Assembly (NCBI RefSeq): GCF_964194155.1
Contig: NC_135901.1
Span: 28,024,001-28,088,000, forward strand
Length of the DNA stretch: 64,000 nucleotides
Direction of reading: 5' to 3'
From: Cetorhinus maximus
Taxonomy: Eukaryota
Position 1 is the stretch's first letter; each line of letters opens with the position of its first letter. The position numbers were made by a program, and so were the translations under genes. The notes beneath the pieces were generated by a model. The model made no database searches. It worked only from the letters and a program-made list of their open reading frames with translations, and was not told where the DNA came from. Of this stretch, positions 51,340-64,000 are shown one piece after another.

Positions 51340-52340
51340 TGTCAGCCATCTCCTGGGGAAACCACTCCTTTAATTGTGAACATTAGGAAAGAGACCATTC
51401 TTTTAGCCAGACAAATAAATGTGTCAATCTGAGGGAGCAAAGGATGTCAATGTCTTTAAGAGAGAGAGAGAGAGAGACCTGGGCCAACCTTTCCAGAGTC
51501 TGCACCCTCCCTGGATTCACTTCCTTTCCCTTCAATTCCTGCAAGTTAACAATTTCCCCCCAGAATGAAACAAGAAATGGAAAGGGGGAGAAAAGAAAGT
51601 GTTTTACTCACAGATGTTGGTCACAGGAGTAAGTTTTAGTCTGTGTGAAGCTCAATCTTCATTCACACAAAGCCCGCACTCTGATTGGCTGGAGGACCAG
51701 GGGCCTTCCTCTTCTTCAACCCTTTTCATTGGTCAACCTCTCAGCATGATGGGAAGGGGGCGGGCTAAACGCCACACATGCGCAGCTTCTCCTCTCCCGT
51801 GTTCTCTGTGCGGCTTTTCGCTCTGGCCGGAGCCGCCAGCCAGTTGCCTGGAAACCTTGGCTCGAGGAGGTGGAGGGGGAAAAATGGATGGGGGCGGGGC
51901 TCCCGTGTCCGCGCGCCTGGCCTGCAGACTGGAACCCGAGGACGTCACCGCGGAGCAGAGTGATTCCTATTGGCTGATTCAGGCAGGGTTCCATTGTGGA
52001 CGTCACAATGCGGAAGTTGGACAATGAGCTTCAGACTAAAACTTCCTCCTTTGGCCAACATCTGTGAGGAAATCAATGTTTCCCCCTTTCTATTTCTTTT
52101 CTCATTCTGGGGGCAAATTATTGACTTGCAAGAACTGACAGGAAAGGAAGTGAATCCAGGGAGGGTGCAGACTCTGGAAAGGTTGGCCCAGGTCTCTCTC
52201 TCTCTCTCTCTCTTAAAGACATTGATATCCTTTGCTCCTTCAGCTTGACACATTTATTTGTCTGGCTAAAAGGATGGTCTCTTTCCTAATGTTCACAATT
52301 AAAGGGGTGGTTTCCCCAGGAGACGGCTGACATTTAAGGG
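51340..52340. promoter_or_regulatory. Bidirectional promoter core 6 with inverted arms (type A left, type B right)
   Basis: Direct copy of 31130-32120; donors at 51606-51611 (-) and 52064 (+). Confidence 0.8.
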
Positions 52341-53297
52341 GACAGTAAAATAATACAGGGCAGAGATTTGTCTAGTGTTGTTTTATGGTACATATTAAAT
52401 GTTCTATTTCCACTTCTCTAATAAAATATATGTGTTATTATTTCTAGCCCTGTAATATAGTGCCACAGCTATGTTACATATTTCCAGTCATAGAGTCATT
52501 ACAGCCCTGAAGGAATCCATTTGGCAATTCAAGTCCTTGTCCACTCTCTGTAGAGCAATCTGGTCAGTCCTGTTCCCTATCTATATCCCTGTTCCCCTGC
52601 AGGTTTAATTCCTTCAAGTTCATTTTGAAACCACTGATTGTCTCCACTTCCACCAGTCAATGAGTTCTCGGTCTAGCGGCCTGCACGAAGATTTTCAGGA
52701 CTCTGTGTTCTGCACAAGAACCACTATTTGTGGATCAGCATGAATCGGCACCTTCAGGAGAATTGGGAGGGTGTATATTAGGTACAGCAGAGCGAGAATG
52801 GAGGGAGAGTGTGTGGGGCAGAGATTTACAGCTTTTGGTCAATGAGAGAGGAAAGAATGTGCCATAGAAACTAGAATTGTCTGTTCTGAATTTCTATCCT
52901 GTACTGACAATGATGACTTTTGTAAACTTCTTTTATAGGATATTAGAAGGGGAAGATTTGCAAACAGAAATCTCAAACCAAACATCACGTCAAGATCTGA
53001 CCGAGTTGGTCAATTCATCGGGAGCTGAATATCAATGGTCTTTGAAGCTAGAAGGAGAAATGTTTGTCTGTTCTGTCTGCTTCAGAAGGTTTAAAAATCA
53101 ATGTTATTGAAAAAGCACTGAGACACACACACCCGAATGAGAGTGTTCCAGTGTACTGACTTTGGAAGGAGCTTTAACCAGTTACGCAGCCTGAAAAAGC
53201 ATCCCCATTTACTGCAGCGGGAGGGGCTGTACACATGCTCTGTGTGTGGACCACTCAGTTGATCATGAATCTTAAGAGACCCAAGGACACCTGCAGC

Positions 53298-54167
53298 ATG
53301 GAGAAACAATGGACATGTGGAGACTGTGGGAAGGGATTCATATCCCCATCAAAGCTGGAAATTCATCAACGCAGTCACACTGGGGAGCGGCCGTTCACCT
53401 GCCCTGTGTGTGGGAAGGGATTCACTCAGTCATCCCACTTGCAGTCACACCAGCGAGTTCACACCAGGGAGAGACCGTTCACTTGCTCTGAGTGTGGGAA
53501 GGGATTCACTCGGTCATCCCACCTGCTGAGACACCAGCGAGTTAACACCGGGGAAAGTCTGTTCACCTGCTCCATGTGTGGGAAACGGTTCACTGAGTCA
53601 TCCAGCCTGCTGAGGCATCATATTACTCACACCAATGAGAGACCCTTTAAATGCCCTGACTGTGGGAGTGGCTTCAAAAGTTCTCAGGACCTGATGTTTC
53701 ACCAGCGCATTCACACCGAGGAGAGACCATTCAGATGCCCTCACTGCACAAAGAGATTTAGAAGGTCATCCAACCTGTGGGAACACCAGCAGGTCCACAC
53801 CAGTGAGAGGCCATTCACCTGCTCTGAGTGTGGGAAAGGATTCATTCACTTGTCCAAATTGCAGATGCACCAGCGAGTTCACACGGGGGAGAGGCCGTTC
53901 ACCTGCTCTGATTGTGGAAAGGGATTCAAGGATTCATCCACCCTGCTGAGACACCAGCGAGTTCACACTGGGGAGAGGCCATTCACCTGCCCCATGTGTG
54001 GGAAGGGATTTGCTTATTTATCCAGCCAGCTGAGACACCAGCGAGCTCACAGTGGGGAGAGGCCATTCACTTGCTCTGAGTGTGGGAAGGGATTCTGTGA
54101 TTCATCGAACCTGCTGACACACCAGCATGTTCACACCAGGGAGAGGCTGCTCACCTGCTTTGAGTGA
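53298..54167 (+). CDS. Tandem C2H2 zinc-finger protein I, 10 fingers (one His to Asn); 11th cut by TGA
   Basis: ORF from [14 protein letters not shown]; acceptor at 52938; ancestral stop near 54222; family 3' UTR. Confidence 0.85.
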   Translation: MEKQWTCGDCGKGFISPSKLEIHQRSHTGERPFTCPVCGKGFTQSSHLQSHQRVHTRERPFTCSECGKGFTRSSHLLRHQRVNTGESLFTCSMCGKRFTESSSLLRHHITHTNERPFKCPDCGSGFKSSQDLMFHQRIHTEERPFRCPHCTKRFRRSSNLWEHQQVHTSERPFTCSECGKGFIHLSKLQMHQRVHTGERPFTCSDCGKGFKDSSTLLRHQRVHTGERPFTCPMCGKGFAYLSSQLRHQRAHSGERPFTCSECGKGFCDSSNLLTHQHVHTRERLLTCFE

Positions 54168-57100
54168 GGGAAGGGATTCACTCAGTCATCCAGCCTACTG
54201 AGACACCAGCGAGTTCACAAGTGATTCCAGGGGTTGGATTATGCTGTTATTGCTGCTGTTAATTACATCCAGGACTGAACCATGTTCATTCTGACACTTG
54301 GTGAAGTGGGAGGGTTGGAGGGTTTCTTTCTGCTGGACTGGCCGGTCTCACGTCTTTGCTTCCAGTGGCTGATGCTCTTTGAGCCTGGGAGTGCACATTT
54401 CCACTGAAATGATCCACAAAAACTGATGAAGGACATTTATTTTATCCTGGATAGTAAATAGTGTTTTTCCTACCACTACAGGTAGATCTAAAATAAATAC
54501 ATTTGTCTCTGTTCCATTGAGTCTCAGGGCTGGAGAGAGGATTTATGAGAATGGAACCAGGGATGATGGACTTCAGTTAATTGGAGAGACTGGAGCAGCT
54601 GAAATTTCTGTCTTTAGATCATAGAATCATTAGGTTGGACACGGGACCATCATGTTCCTGACTGTAGAAGTCCTGTAGAGCAAACCAGTCAGTCTCATTG
54701 CCCTGCTGTATCCCCGTAACTCTGTAGGTCTATCTCCCTCATGTGGTCATCCAGCTTCCTTTAGAAACCATTCCCTCATCTCTGCTTCTACCACCCTCAT
54801 AGGAAGTGGGTTCCAGGTCATTACCACCCGCTTGAAATGTACACGCATCTCATAGACACAGAAGGAGGCTATTCTGCCAGTCTTGCTCCTTTGAAATAAA
54901 TACCCAATTAATCCCATTGCTCTGCAATTTTCTTTTCCTTTCAAGATTCTGTCCAGTTCCCTTTTGAAAGATACAGTCAAAACTGCTTCTCGCACTGTTT
55001 TCAGGCAGTACATTCCAAATCACGACAACTCGCTGTGTTTTCAAACAAATCATTCAGGATATAGTGTGTGTGGATTTTCACGGAGTATACGAAAACGTGT
55101 CAAAGGCATGTTATTTCCACTAGTAATTACAGAGTCTTAATTTTATGATTTTGATGAGGGGACCGAGTGTCATGTATCATATTCGTGGACAACTGAAAAA
55201 AATTCCATTTCTCTAGCACCTCTCGCTAGCACAAGAACCCCGAAGCATCTTACAGCTGATGCAGTGCCTTTGAAGTGGAGTCACTGTTGTCATGTAAGAA
55301 ACTGTAGGTGTGCCTGTGAAGTTGAATTTTGTTTTAAAACTCAATCACTTTCATACTGTATTCACTGTTATAAGTAACAAAGTCAAGGAAACCGTCTTAA
55401 TTTAACATCTGGCTTCTTGCTTGGTTTAACAGTCTGTAACTTTTCTTCCTTAACTATATATTGATCTTGGATTAAAAGCTAGTTATGAAACATCTAATTA
55501 TTAAGTAATCAACCCCTTGATTATTTGATCCTGAGTTCTGTAAAACACAAAGCACGGTACGCAACATTAGATGTGATTCTGCGATTGGACATTTGCTAAA
55601 CAATGCTGACAACTAATTTAGGATTATCAGTTGAGCTCACAGTGTAGTGCACTTATGTGTTCTAAAAGCTACGCATATTAATACGCAGAGCCCTCTTATT
55701 TGCAGACAAGAAGAACATGTACACACATTCACCTGTTTCAACTGAATAAAATAGGCAACAGCCATACTCTGGTTCATTCACCATGGCAATTCCTTGACCA
55801 AACAGAGTCAATCTGCCTGGTTTGAATTTAAACAACTCTTGGCAGTTGGCTATCAGTCATCAGTCCAATGGTGCATTCTCCCTGTCAATTCCTCTACCAA
55901 TCAAAGTCCATTTCGCCAACCAATCAGCACTTTCTTCTCATGAAGTATTAATTGTTGTTCCCTTTGCATTTGGCATTCTTGCAAATGCTCTGATGAGTGC
56001 AAGATGAAAAGCTTCAACATGTCTCTTCTGCAATTACTGTTATAAATAACTACCAGCCAGGAACAAATGACTGAATAAGTAGTGAGCCTTAATTGAGTTA
56101 CAATTAATGAATCAATAATGAATCAGTAGTTATAGTAAAGACAGAGTTTTATTTGCTGTAAGAATGTAAAAGCTTAATTGCTGTGTATGTAAAGAATGTG
56201 CAATTGAAGATAAATGTACTGGCAAGAGAGACCTTCAAGCTCTCATTATCCTCAAAGTTTGAATCTCTATGAATAAGGGATGGTATAGAATAAGATAAAG
56301 GCATAATAGGAAACAGTTCTGTTGTATTCTTGTCTAAGATAATGAGAGAAGGTGGTATAAGTAATTGGGGAACCAATTTAAATTAATCTAGTAACCAACT
56401 GACCAATTGTCATGTTACAACTGGCCCAACTCTGACGTGAGGTAATGGTTACTTTGGGGATAAAAGTAGAGGTTCTGAAGGTCTTCCTTGCTAGCCAAGT
56501 ACTGACTCCCGAGGCCGAGTTCCAAGGAAATTACTGTCAAAGAAGGAGCCAGACTCCCGAGGGTGAATTCCACAACAATTACTGTCAAAGAAGGAGCCAG
56601 AGAGGGTTACGCTTCTACAGACTGATCACCTGCATGAAGTTGTAAAAATCAATGTCTTAAAGTTGTTAAGTAAACCTTTTTCTTTTAATAAACTTCTTTT
56701 AAATTTACTACCAGACAATTTTGCCTTTGCCTTAACTGGTTAAAGTCTTGTCTAAATCAAAGTTAATTCATTAAATGGCAAGTGTAGGTGACTGAAATCA
56801 ATTATGTAACAGAGAACAAGATCAGATAATATCAATCTTAAATTTTAGTAATTGCATTTATATAGCGTCTTTCACGACCACATGATGTCCCAAAGTGCTT
56901 TACAGTCAATGAGGTAATTTCAAAGTGCAGTCACTGTTGTAATGTGGGAAACGTGGCAGATTTACACACAGCAAGATCCCACAAACAGCAATGTGACACT
57001 GACCAGATAATCTGTTCTTAGTGATGTTAATTGATAAAAATCGGCCAGGACACTGGGGATAACTCCCCTGCTCAACTTCGAAATAGTGGCCCCGGGAAGT

Positions 57101-57769
57101 TCTAAGTCCACCCGAAGCAGCAGACAGGGCCCTTGGGTTAGCATCTCATTCAAAAGACAGCAGCCTGACAGTGCAGCACTCCCTCAATGCTGGCACTCAG
57201 AATGTTGGATACAACTTTTGTCCTCAGGTCCCTGGACTGGGACGTGAACCAACAATCGTCTAACCCAGAGGTGAGAGTGTGATCCACTGAGCCACAGCTG
57301 ACACTATAGACAATACAAAGTTAGAAAGGGAAAGCAATTCTTTAAAATCCCCCACCCGTTGCCTTTAGTGCCTAAAGCTAATAATAAAAACCCCGAATAA
57401 CAAACAGCTATTTGATGGACAAATGTTGAAGTGTTGGTTTAAAGTCACAAGTTTCAACTTCCCAGTTGAACTTCGGACATCTTCCTGTCTCTCTATTGCT
57501 GGTGTCAATGACAGCCAGGCGACGGAGCTGAGGGCTGAATTTAACTGAGAATAACGGGGCCTGCACCCCAGTTGGGAAACTGCCATGGGTGTCACACTAA
57601 CAGAAAGACAGGAAGGTGCTGGAAGACTGACTGGGAAATGGGCCTCCAACCAAGGAGGAGGGGTGTCCCGATAGAGGTCTTTAAGATTATGATGGGGTTG
57701 ATGTCAGGAAAATGTTTTCAGTTGTTTGGGGAGACCGGAACTGGGGGCCATAAAGATCAGGCCGTCACT

Positions 57770-58200
57770 GTATTGTGTACAGTTCTGTGCACCACACTTT
57801 TGGAAAGATGTGAACACATTGGAGAGAGTACGGAAGAGGTTTACAAGGATGGTTCCAGGGATGAGAAACTTCAGCTATGAAGATAGATTGGTGAAGTTGG
57901 GACTGTTATCCTTGGAGTGGAGAAGGCTAAGAAGAGATTTGATTGAAGTGTTAATGAGGGGTGTCATGAGGGGTCTGGACAGAGTAGATAGGGAGAAACT
58001 GTCCCTGCTCATAAAAGGATCGAGAACAAGAGGGCACAGATTGAAAGTGATTTGCAAAAGAAGCAAATGTGATGTGAGAAAAAAGCTTTTTCACACAATG
58101 AGTGGTACAGGTCTGGAATGCTCTGTCTGGAAGTGTGATGGAGGCAGGTTCAATCGAGACATTCAAGAGGGCATTAAATGATTATTTGAACAGAAACAGT
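57770..58200 (+). mobile_element. CR1 LINE 3' fragment
   Basis: ORF 57726..58181 YCVQFCAPHF...RFTRMVPG. Confidence 0.85.
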
Positions 58201-58720
58201 GTGAAGTCGCTGATGGGTCAGTCAGCTGATTGAATCTGTAAACCACTTTCCACATGGAACGGGTGAATGGCCTCTCCCTCTCCTCAGTGTGAAGTCACTG
58301 ATGGGTCAGTCAGCTGATAGAACCTGTAAACCGCTTCCCACCTGGAGCAGGTGAATGGCTGTTCCTCAGTGTGAACACGTATCCAACTCAGATGGGGATC
58401 AGAATCCCTTTGCACTGTCCCAATATTGCCACGGTTTTTCTGGAATAGATGTGTCCTTGAGTCTGTCCAGTTGGATGATCAGTTTAAGCCTTGACAAGAC
58501 ACCAACCATGGATCATTGATATCTTTTCCAACAGACAGAAGAGTGAACTATTTCTCTTTCTAGGTTCAAAAACCAATGATATTCAGAAACTGATGAATCG
58601 AGTGACTGTCAGATTTTGATGTATTATCTGTTTTGAGTTTCCTGTCTCTAAATCCTCCCTCTCCAATACACTGTAAGGGGAGTTTACAAAGAAATCACTC
58701 TAACGACAGGATCGAAATTC
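58200..58720 (-). pseudogene. Heavily decayed ZNF paralogue (left partner of J)
   Basis: Reverse-complement matches to the exon-2 leader (58545-58670) and finger remnants (gagcaggtgaatggc). Confidence 0.6.
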
Positions 58721-58859
58721 AGAACTGACAATCCTGGTTATCAACAAACATCCTTCTCCCATTCAAACTATGAATCTCTGCCCGACACACTCCTTCCTCT
58801 CTATTGATTGAAATACTAGTTCATCCTACTATCCTCCTCCCACTTTCCCCCAATTCTCC

Positions 58860-59715
58860 TCCTCTGAAGGTGCAGACTCTCGGGTTCAGTTTCACACTCA
58901 CCTATTGCCCTCCCCAATATGTCACCCAGGTGTCCAAATCTTTACACCTGAAGTTAACAAACTGTTTTGCTAAGGGGGCGTCACAATCAAATCCAGTGAC
59001 TACCAACATGTACTTTGTGTCAGGGCGGGGTCACTCCGGCCCCCGACCCCACTTTCCATCCCAGTCCCAGGAGTTTGGAGACTGGGCTCCGGATGAGTAA
59101 TGGCGGCCGAAGATCCCACAATCCACAGCGTTGGGGAAACCGCTCTATCCGCCGCGGCAGCGGGAGGCCCGGGACTGCGCATGTCCAGGAAAGAGGGGAC
59201 AACTGCGCATGTGCGGAGAGTGGCGTTTGGCCTGCCGCTCAACTCACCGTGGGGGGTCAGAGGGTCTCCCGCGTCCGCGAAGGCTTCCGCTGCCCCATTG
59301 TCTTTATGCGGGAGATTGACCAATGGGGAGAACTGGAGGGCAGGAAGGACTCTGGTCCTCCAGCCAATCAGAGCGCGGGCTTTGTGTGAATGAAGAGTGA
59401 GCTTCACACAGTCTAAAATTTCCTCCTGTGTCCAACATCTGTGAGTAAAACACTTTCTTTTCTTCCCCTTTCCATTTCTTTTCTCATTCTGGGGGGAAAT
59501 TGTTAACTTGCAGGAACTGAAGGGAAAGGAAGTGAATCCAGGGAGGGTGCAGACTCTGGAAAGGTTGGCCCAGGTCTCTCTCTCTCTCTCTTAAAGACAT
59601 TGACATCCTTTGCTCCCTCAGCTTGACACATTTATTTGTCTGGCTAAAAGGATGGTCTCTTTCCTAATGTTCACAGTTAAAGGGGTGGTTTCCCCAGGAG
59701 ATGGCTGACATTTAA
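58860..59715. promoter_or_regulatory. Bidirectional promoter core 7 (type C left, type A right)
   Basis: CpG-rich; two tgcgcatg sites, aatggcggc, two CCAAT boxes; donors near 58897 (-) and at 59441 (+). Confidence 0.75.
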
Positions 59716-59947
59716 AGGAACAATAAATTAGTATTGGACATAGCTCTGTCTAGTGTTGTTTTATGGTACATATTAGATATATTATTGATGGTTCTAGAAT
59801 TAAATACATTTATTATTATTTCTAGTCTTATAATATAGCAATGTAACTACGTTATATATTTCCAGTTGTAGAGTCATTACGGCACTGATTGAGTCCATTC
59901 GGAAACTTGAGTCCATGCCGACTCTCTGTAGAGTACGCCAGTCAGTC

Positions 59948-60665
59948 TAGTAAACCTTCTCTGAACTGCTTCCAATGGAAGTATATACCCCCTTAAAGAA
60001 GGAGGCCAGAACTGCACACAGTACTCTAGGTGTGGTCTCACCGATATCCTGTGCAGCTACAGGAAGACTTCCCTACTTTTATACTCCATCTCCCTTGCAA
60101 TAACGGCCGACATTCCAGTTGCCTTTCTCATTACTTGCTGTACCTGCAGACTGACTTTTTGTGATTAGTGTCCAAGGACACCCAGATCCCTCTGTACTGC
60201 AGCATTCTGCAGTCTCCCTCAATTAAATAATGCTCTACTTTTCTATTCTTCCTGCCAAAGTGGACAATCTCACATTTTCACACATTATATTCCATCTTCC
60301 AATATTTTTCTCCCTCACTAAACCTATTGCTATCCCTTTATGGACTCTTTGTATCCTCCTCACAACTTGCTTTCCTATCTATCGTTGTATCATTGGCAAA
60401 TTTGGCTACAATACAGTCAATTCCTTCATCCAAGTCATTGATATGAATTGTAAATAGATGGGGCCCCAGGACTGATCCCTGCAGGACTGTGGAGCCTCAG
60501 TCATTAAATATATTCAAGACAGAGAGTGATATATTTCTAGATATTGAAGATATCAAGGGATATTTGGGATAGTGCGAGAAAATGGTGCCGAGGTAGATCA
60601 GCCTTGATCTCATTGAATGGCCGAGCAGGCTCAATGGGCCGACTGGTCTACTCCTGTTCCTATTT
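59948..60665. mobile_element. CR1 fragments in the intron of J (59948-60482 minus, then a plus-strand 3' end)
   Basis: Reverse complement resembles 5400-5850; the second piece is a CR1-type 3' tail. Confidence 0.7.
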
Positions 60666-61268
60666 CTTATGATATCTGTGTCCTGGACAGGAAGCAGTGA
60701 GAGTAGATCTGTCGATCAGCATGAACCTTCAGGAGAATTGGGAGGGTGTATGTTAGGTACAGCAGAGTGAGAATGTAGAGAGAGAGAGTGTCTTTGGAGA
60801 AATGAGAGAGGAAAGAATGCTCCATACAAACGAGAATTGTCTGTTCTGAACTTCTATCCTGTACTGACAATGATGCCTGTTGTGAATTCCTTTTACAGGA
60901 TACGAGAAGGGGAGAAGATTTACAGACAGAAATCTGAAATCAAAGGTTAAGATCTCACATAGTCACTCAATTTATCAGAACCTGAATATGATCAGCTTTT
61001 GAATTTAGAAGGAGAAATGTTTGTCTGTTCTGTCTGCTTGAAAAGATTTTAAACATCAGTGTGACTGGAAAAGCACCGAGACACACACACCCAAGTGAGA
61101 GTGTCCAAGTGCACTGACTGTGGAAAGCACTGTGGAAAGAGCTTTAACCAGTTACACAGCCTGAAAAAACATCACCATTCACAGCGGAGAGAGACCGTAC
61201 ATGTGTTCTGTGTGAGGACAAGGCTTCAACTGATCATCAAACCTGGAGAGACACAAGGACACCGAACC

Positions 61269-62444
61269 ATGGAGAAACCGTGGAAATGTGGGGACTGTGG
61301 GAAGGGATTCAAAGCCCCCTCTGAGGTGGAAACTCATCGGCGCAGTCACAATGGAGAGAGACCATTCATCTGCTCTAAGTGTGGGAAGGGATTTGCTCGG
61401 TTACAACACCTACAGTCACACCAGCGGGTTCACAATGGGGAGAGGCCATTCACCTGCTCCGTGTGTGGGAAGGGATTCACTCGGTTAACCAGCCTGAAGA
61501 CACACCAACGAGTTCACACTGGGGAGAGGCCGTTCACTTGCACCGTGTGTGGGAAGGGATTCACTCGGTTGAACAACTTGCAAACACACCAGCGAATTCA
61601 CACTGGGGAAAGGCCCTTCACCTGCTCTCACTGTGGGAAGGGATTCACTCACTTATACAACCTGCAAACACATCAGCGAATTCACAGCGGGGAGAAGCCG
61701 TTCACCTGCTCCGTGTGTGGGAAGAGATTCACTCGGTTAAACAACTTGCAGACGCACCAGCGAATTCACACTGGGGAGAAGCCATTCACCTGCTCCGTGT
61801 GTGGGAAGGGATTCACTCGGTTAACCAGCCTGCAGACACATGAGCAAATTCATACTGGGGAGAAGCTGTTCACCTGCTCTCAGTGTGGGAAGGGATTTAC
61901 TCGGTTACCCAACCTACTCACTCATCAGCGAGTTCACACCGGGGAAAGACCATTCACCTGCTCCGTGTGTGGGAAGGGATTCACTCGGTCATCCAGCCTG
62001 CTGACACACCAGCGGGTTCACACTGAGAGGCCGGTCACCTGCTCTGAGTGTGGGAAAGGATTCACTGAGTTCTGCAGACTGCAGGCACACCAGCGAATTC
62101 ACACCGGGGAGAGGCTGTTCACCTGTTCTGATTGTGGGAAGGGATTCACTTGGTTATCCCAGCTGCGGACACACCAGCGAACTCACACTGGGGAGAGGCC
62201 GTTCACTTGCTCTGACTGTGGAAAGGGATTCACTCAGTCATTCAACCTGTTGCTGCACCAGCGACTTCACACTGGGGCGAGGCCGTTTACCTGCCCTCAA
62301 TGTGCGATTGGATTCACTCAGTCATCCCACCTGCTGAGGCACCAGCGAGTTCACACTGGGGAGAGGCCATTCACCTGCTCTGAGTGTGGGAAGAGTTTCA
62401 CTCAGTCATCCCACCTGCAGACACACCAGCGAGTTCACAGATGA
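61269..62444 (+). CDS. Tandem C2H2 zinc-finger protein J, 14 fingers, no effector domain seen
   Basis: Intact ORF from accATGg ([14 protein letters not shown]); acceptor at 60898. Confidence 0.92.
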   Translation: MEKPWKCGDCGKGFKAPSEVETHRRSHNGERPFICSKCGKGFARLQHLQSHQRVHNGERPFTCSVCGKGFTRLTSLKTHQRVHTGERPFTCTVCGKGFTRLNNLQTHQRIHTGERPFTCSHCGKGFTHLYNLQTHQRIHSGEKPFTCSVCGKRFTRLNNLQTHQRIHTGEKPFTCSVCGKGFTRLTSLQTHEQIHTGEKLFTCSQCGKGFTRLPNLLTHQRVHTGERPFTCSVCGKGFTRSSSLLTHQRVHTERPVTCSECGKGFTEFCRLQAHQRIHTGERLFTCSDCGKGFTWLSQLRTHQRTHTGERPFTCSDCGKGFTQSFNLLLHQRLHTGARPFTCPQCAIGFTQSSHLLRHQRVHTGERPFTCSECGKSFTQSSHLQTHQRVHR

Positions 62445-62879
62445 TTGCAGGGTTTGGATTCTGCTGTTGTTGCTGCTGTTAATCACATCCAGGACTGAAC
62501 CATATTCATTCTGACACTTGGTGAAGTGGGAGGGTCGGAGGGTTTCTTTCTGCTGGACTGACCAGTCCCACGACTTTGCCCCAGTGGCTGATGCTCTTTG
62601 AGCCTTGTTGCGAATATCTAGTTTCATATTTCACAAAGATCACAGAATGAAAGGGTGTTTGGAATGTAAAATATATTTGGTTTGCATTTCTTTTTGGAAC
62701 CACCCAAAGCATGCCAGGTTGCCATGGAGACGGGTTGTGCTGGTTGGATGATTCTTTTCTATAATTTATCTGGGTGCTCCTCACAGAAGAAAACTATCAC
62801 AGTGTGAGGGTCAAGCTGGCTGTGGTAGATTGGGAAATTACATGAAAAGTTATGACGGTAGACAGGCAATAGCTAACAT

Positions 62880-64000
62880 TGAAGGAATTATTACACATTT
62901 ACAACAAATATAGATTCCTTTAGGGAACAAAAATGAAAAATGATGCAACTGTGCCTAACAGCCGAACAAAGAAAATATAAAGATTGAATTAGATCAAAGG
63001 AAGAGGCTCCTAAAGTGACCAAAAAAAAGTAGTAAGCCTGAGGATTGAAGCTTTTTATAGAATTCAGGAAAGGAGGACCAAGAAACTGATAAAGAAAGAG
63101 AAAACCGAACATCAGAGCAAACTGGCGAGAAACATGAAAAGCGAATGTAAAAGCTTCTATAGGTATGTGAAAAGGAAAAGATTAGCAAAGAGAAATGTGG
63201 GTCCATTCCAGGCAGAGACAGGAGAATTTATAATGGGGAATAAAGAATTGGAAGAGAAACTAAACAATGTGTGTCTGTCTTCACAGAGGAAGATACAGAA
63301 ATCATCCCAAAAATACTAGAGAACCAAGGGACTAGTGAGCATGAGGAACAGATAGAGATTAGTATTGGTAAAAAAGTAGTACTGGAGAAATGAATGGGGT
63401 TGAAAGTTGTTAAATCCCCTGGACCTGGTGATCTCCATCCCAGAGTGTTGAAGGAGGTGGCTGTAGAGATAGTGGATGCATTGGTGATCATCCACCAAAA
63501 TTCTATAGATTCTGGAATGGTTCCTGCAGATTGGAAGGTGGCAAATGTCACCCACTATTTAAGGAGGGAGAGGGAAAACGAGGAACTACAGACCTGTTAG
63601 CCTGGCATCAGTAGTAGGGAAAATGCTAGAATCTATTATAAAGGATGTGATAACATAGGAACATATGAATTAGGAGCAGGAGTAGGCCATTCGGCCCCTC
63701 GAGCCTGCTCCACCATTCAATAAGTTCATGGCAGATCTGATTGTAACCTCAGCTCCACATTCCCACCTACCCCCCAATAACCTTTTACTTCTTGTTTATC
63801 AAGAACCTATCTCGCTCTACCTCAAAAATATTCAAAGACTCTGCTTCCTCCGCCCTTTGAGGAAGAGAGTTCCAAAGTCTCACTGAGAGAAAAAAACTCT
63901 CCTCTGTCTTAAAGGGGCGACCCATTACTTTTAAACCGTGATCCCAATTTCCAGATTCTCCCACAAGAGGAAACATCTTCTCCACATCCACCTGGTTGAG
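62880..64000. mobile_element. CR1 ORF2 fragment (+, to ~63655) abutting an inverted CR1 3' end (-)
   Basis: KSFYRYVK, KSPGPGDLHPRVLKE, VPADWKVANV; minus-strand EKMFPL...RLWNSLP. Confidence 0.85.

Noticed and set aside
61019-61268. Conserved in-frame TGAs as selenocysteine or readthrough codons extending the ZNF N-terminus
   Set aside because: Leaders also carry TAA stops and frameshifts in several copies, the TGAs are not at Cys positions, and I see no convincing SECIS in the 3' UTR.
61095-61268. ORF-track N-terminal extension of J (likewise 33145 and 53235 starts)
   Set aside because: Non-ATG or frameshifted leader sequence; the conserved strong-context ATG is at MEK.

Overview
Vertebrate genomic DNA, most likely a cartilaginous fish (inferred from the CR1/Penelope/Deu-type SINE repeat landscape). 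The window is a cluster of effector-less tandem C2H2 zinc-finger (ZNF) genes: about 10 recognisable paralogues plus 2 decayed remnants. About 3 have long intact ORFs (33178-34104, 53298-54167, 61269-62444); most others are disrupted. They sit as head-to-head pairs around seven related GC-rich bidirectional promoter-like cores spaced roughly 7.5-12.5 kb apart. Intact copies share one design: a short non-coding exon 1, a ~0.9 kb intron, an exon 2 whose 5' part is three dead zinc fingers with shared TGA stops, the [17 protein letters not shown], and a conserved 3' UTR. Interspersed are CR1 LINEs, Penelope-like fragments with hammerhead-ribozyme motifs, tRNA-derived SINEs, solo LTRs, and a degenerate GalEa-like Ty1/copia element whose LTR truncates two ZNF paralogues at the same site. 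Exon structures and repeat boundaries were read by eye and are approximate.
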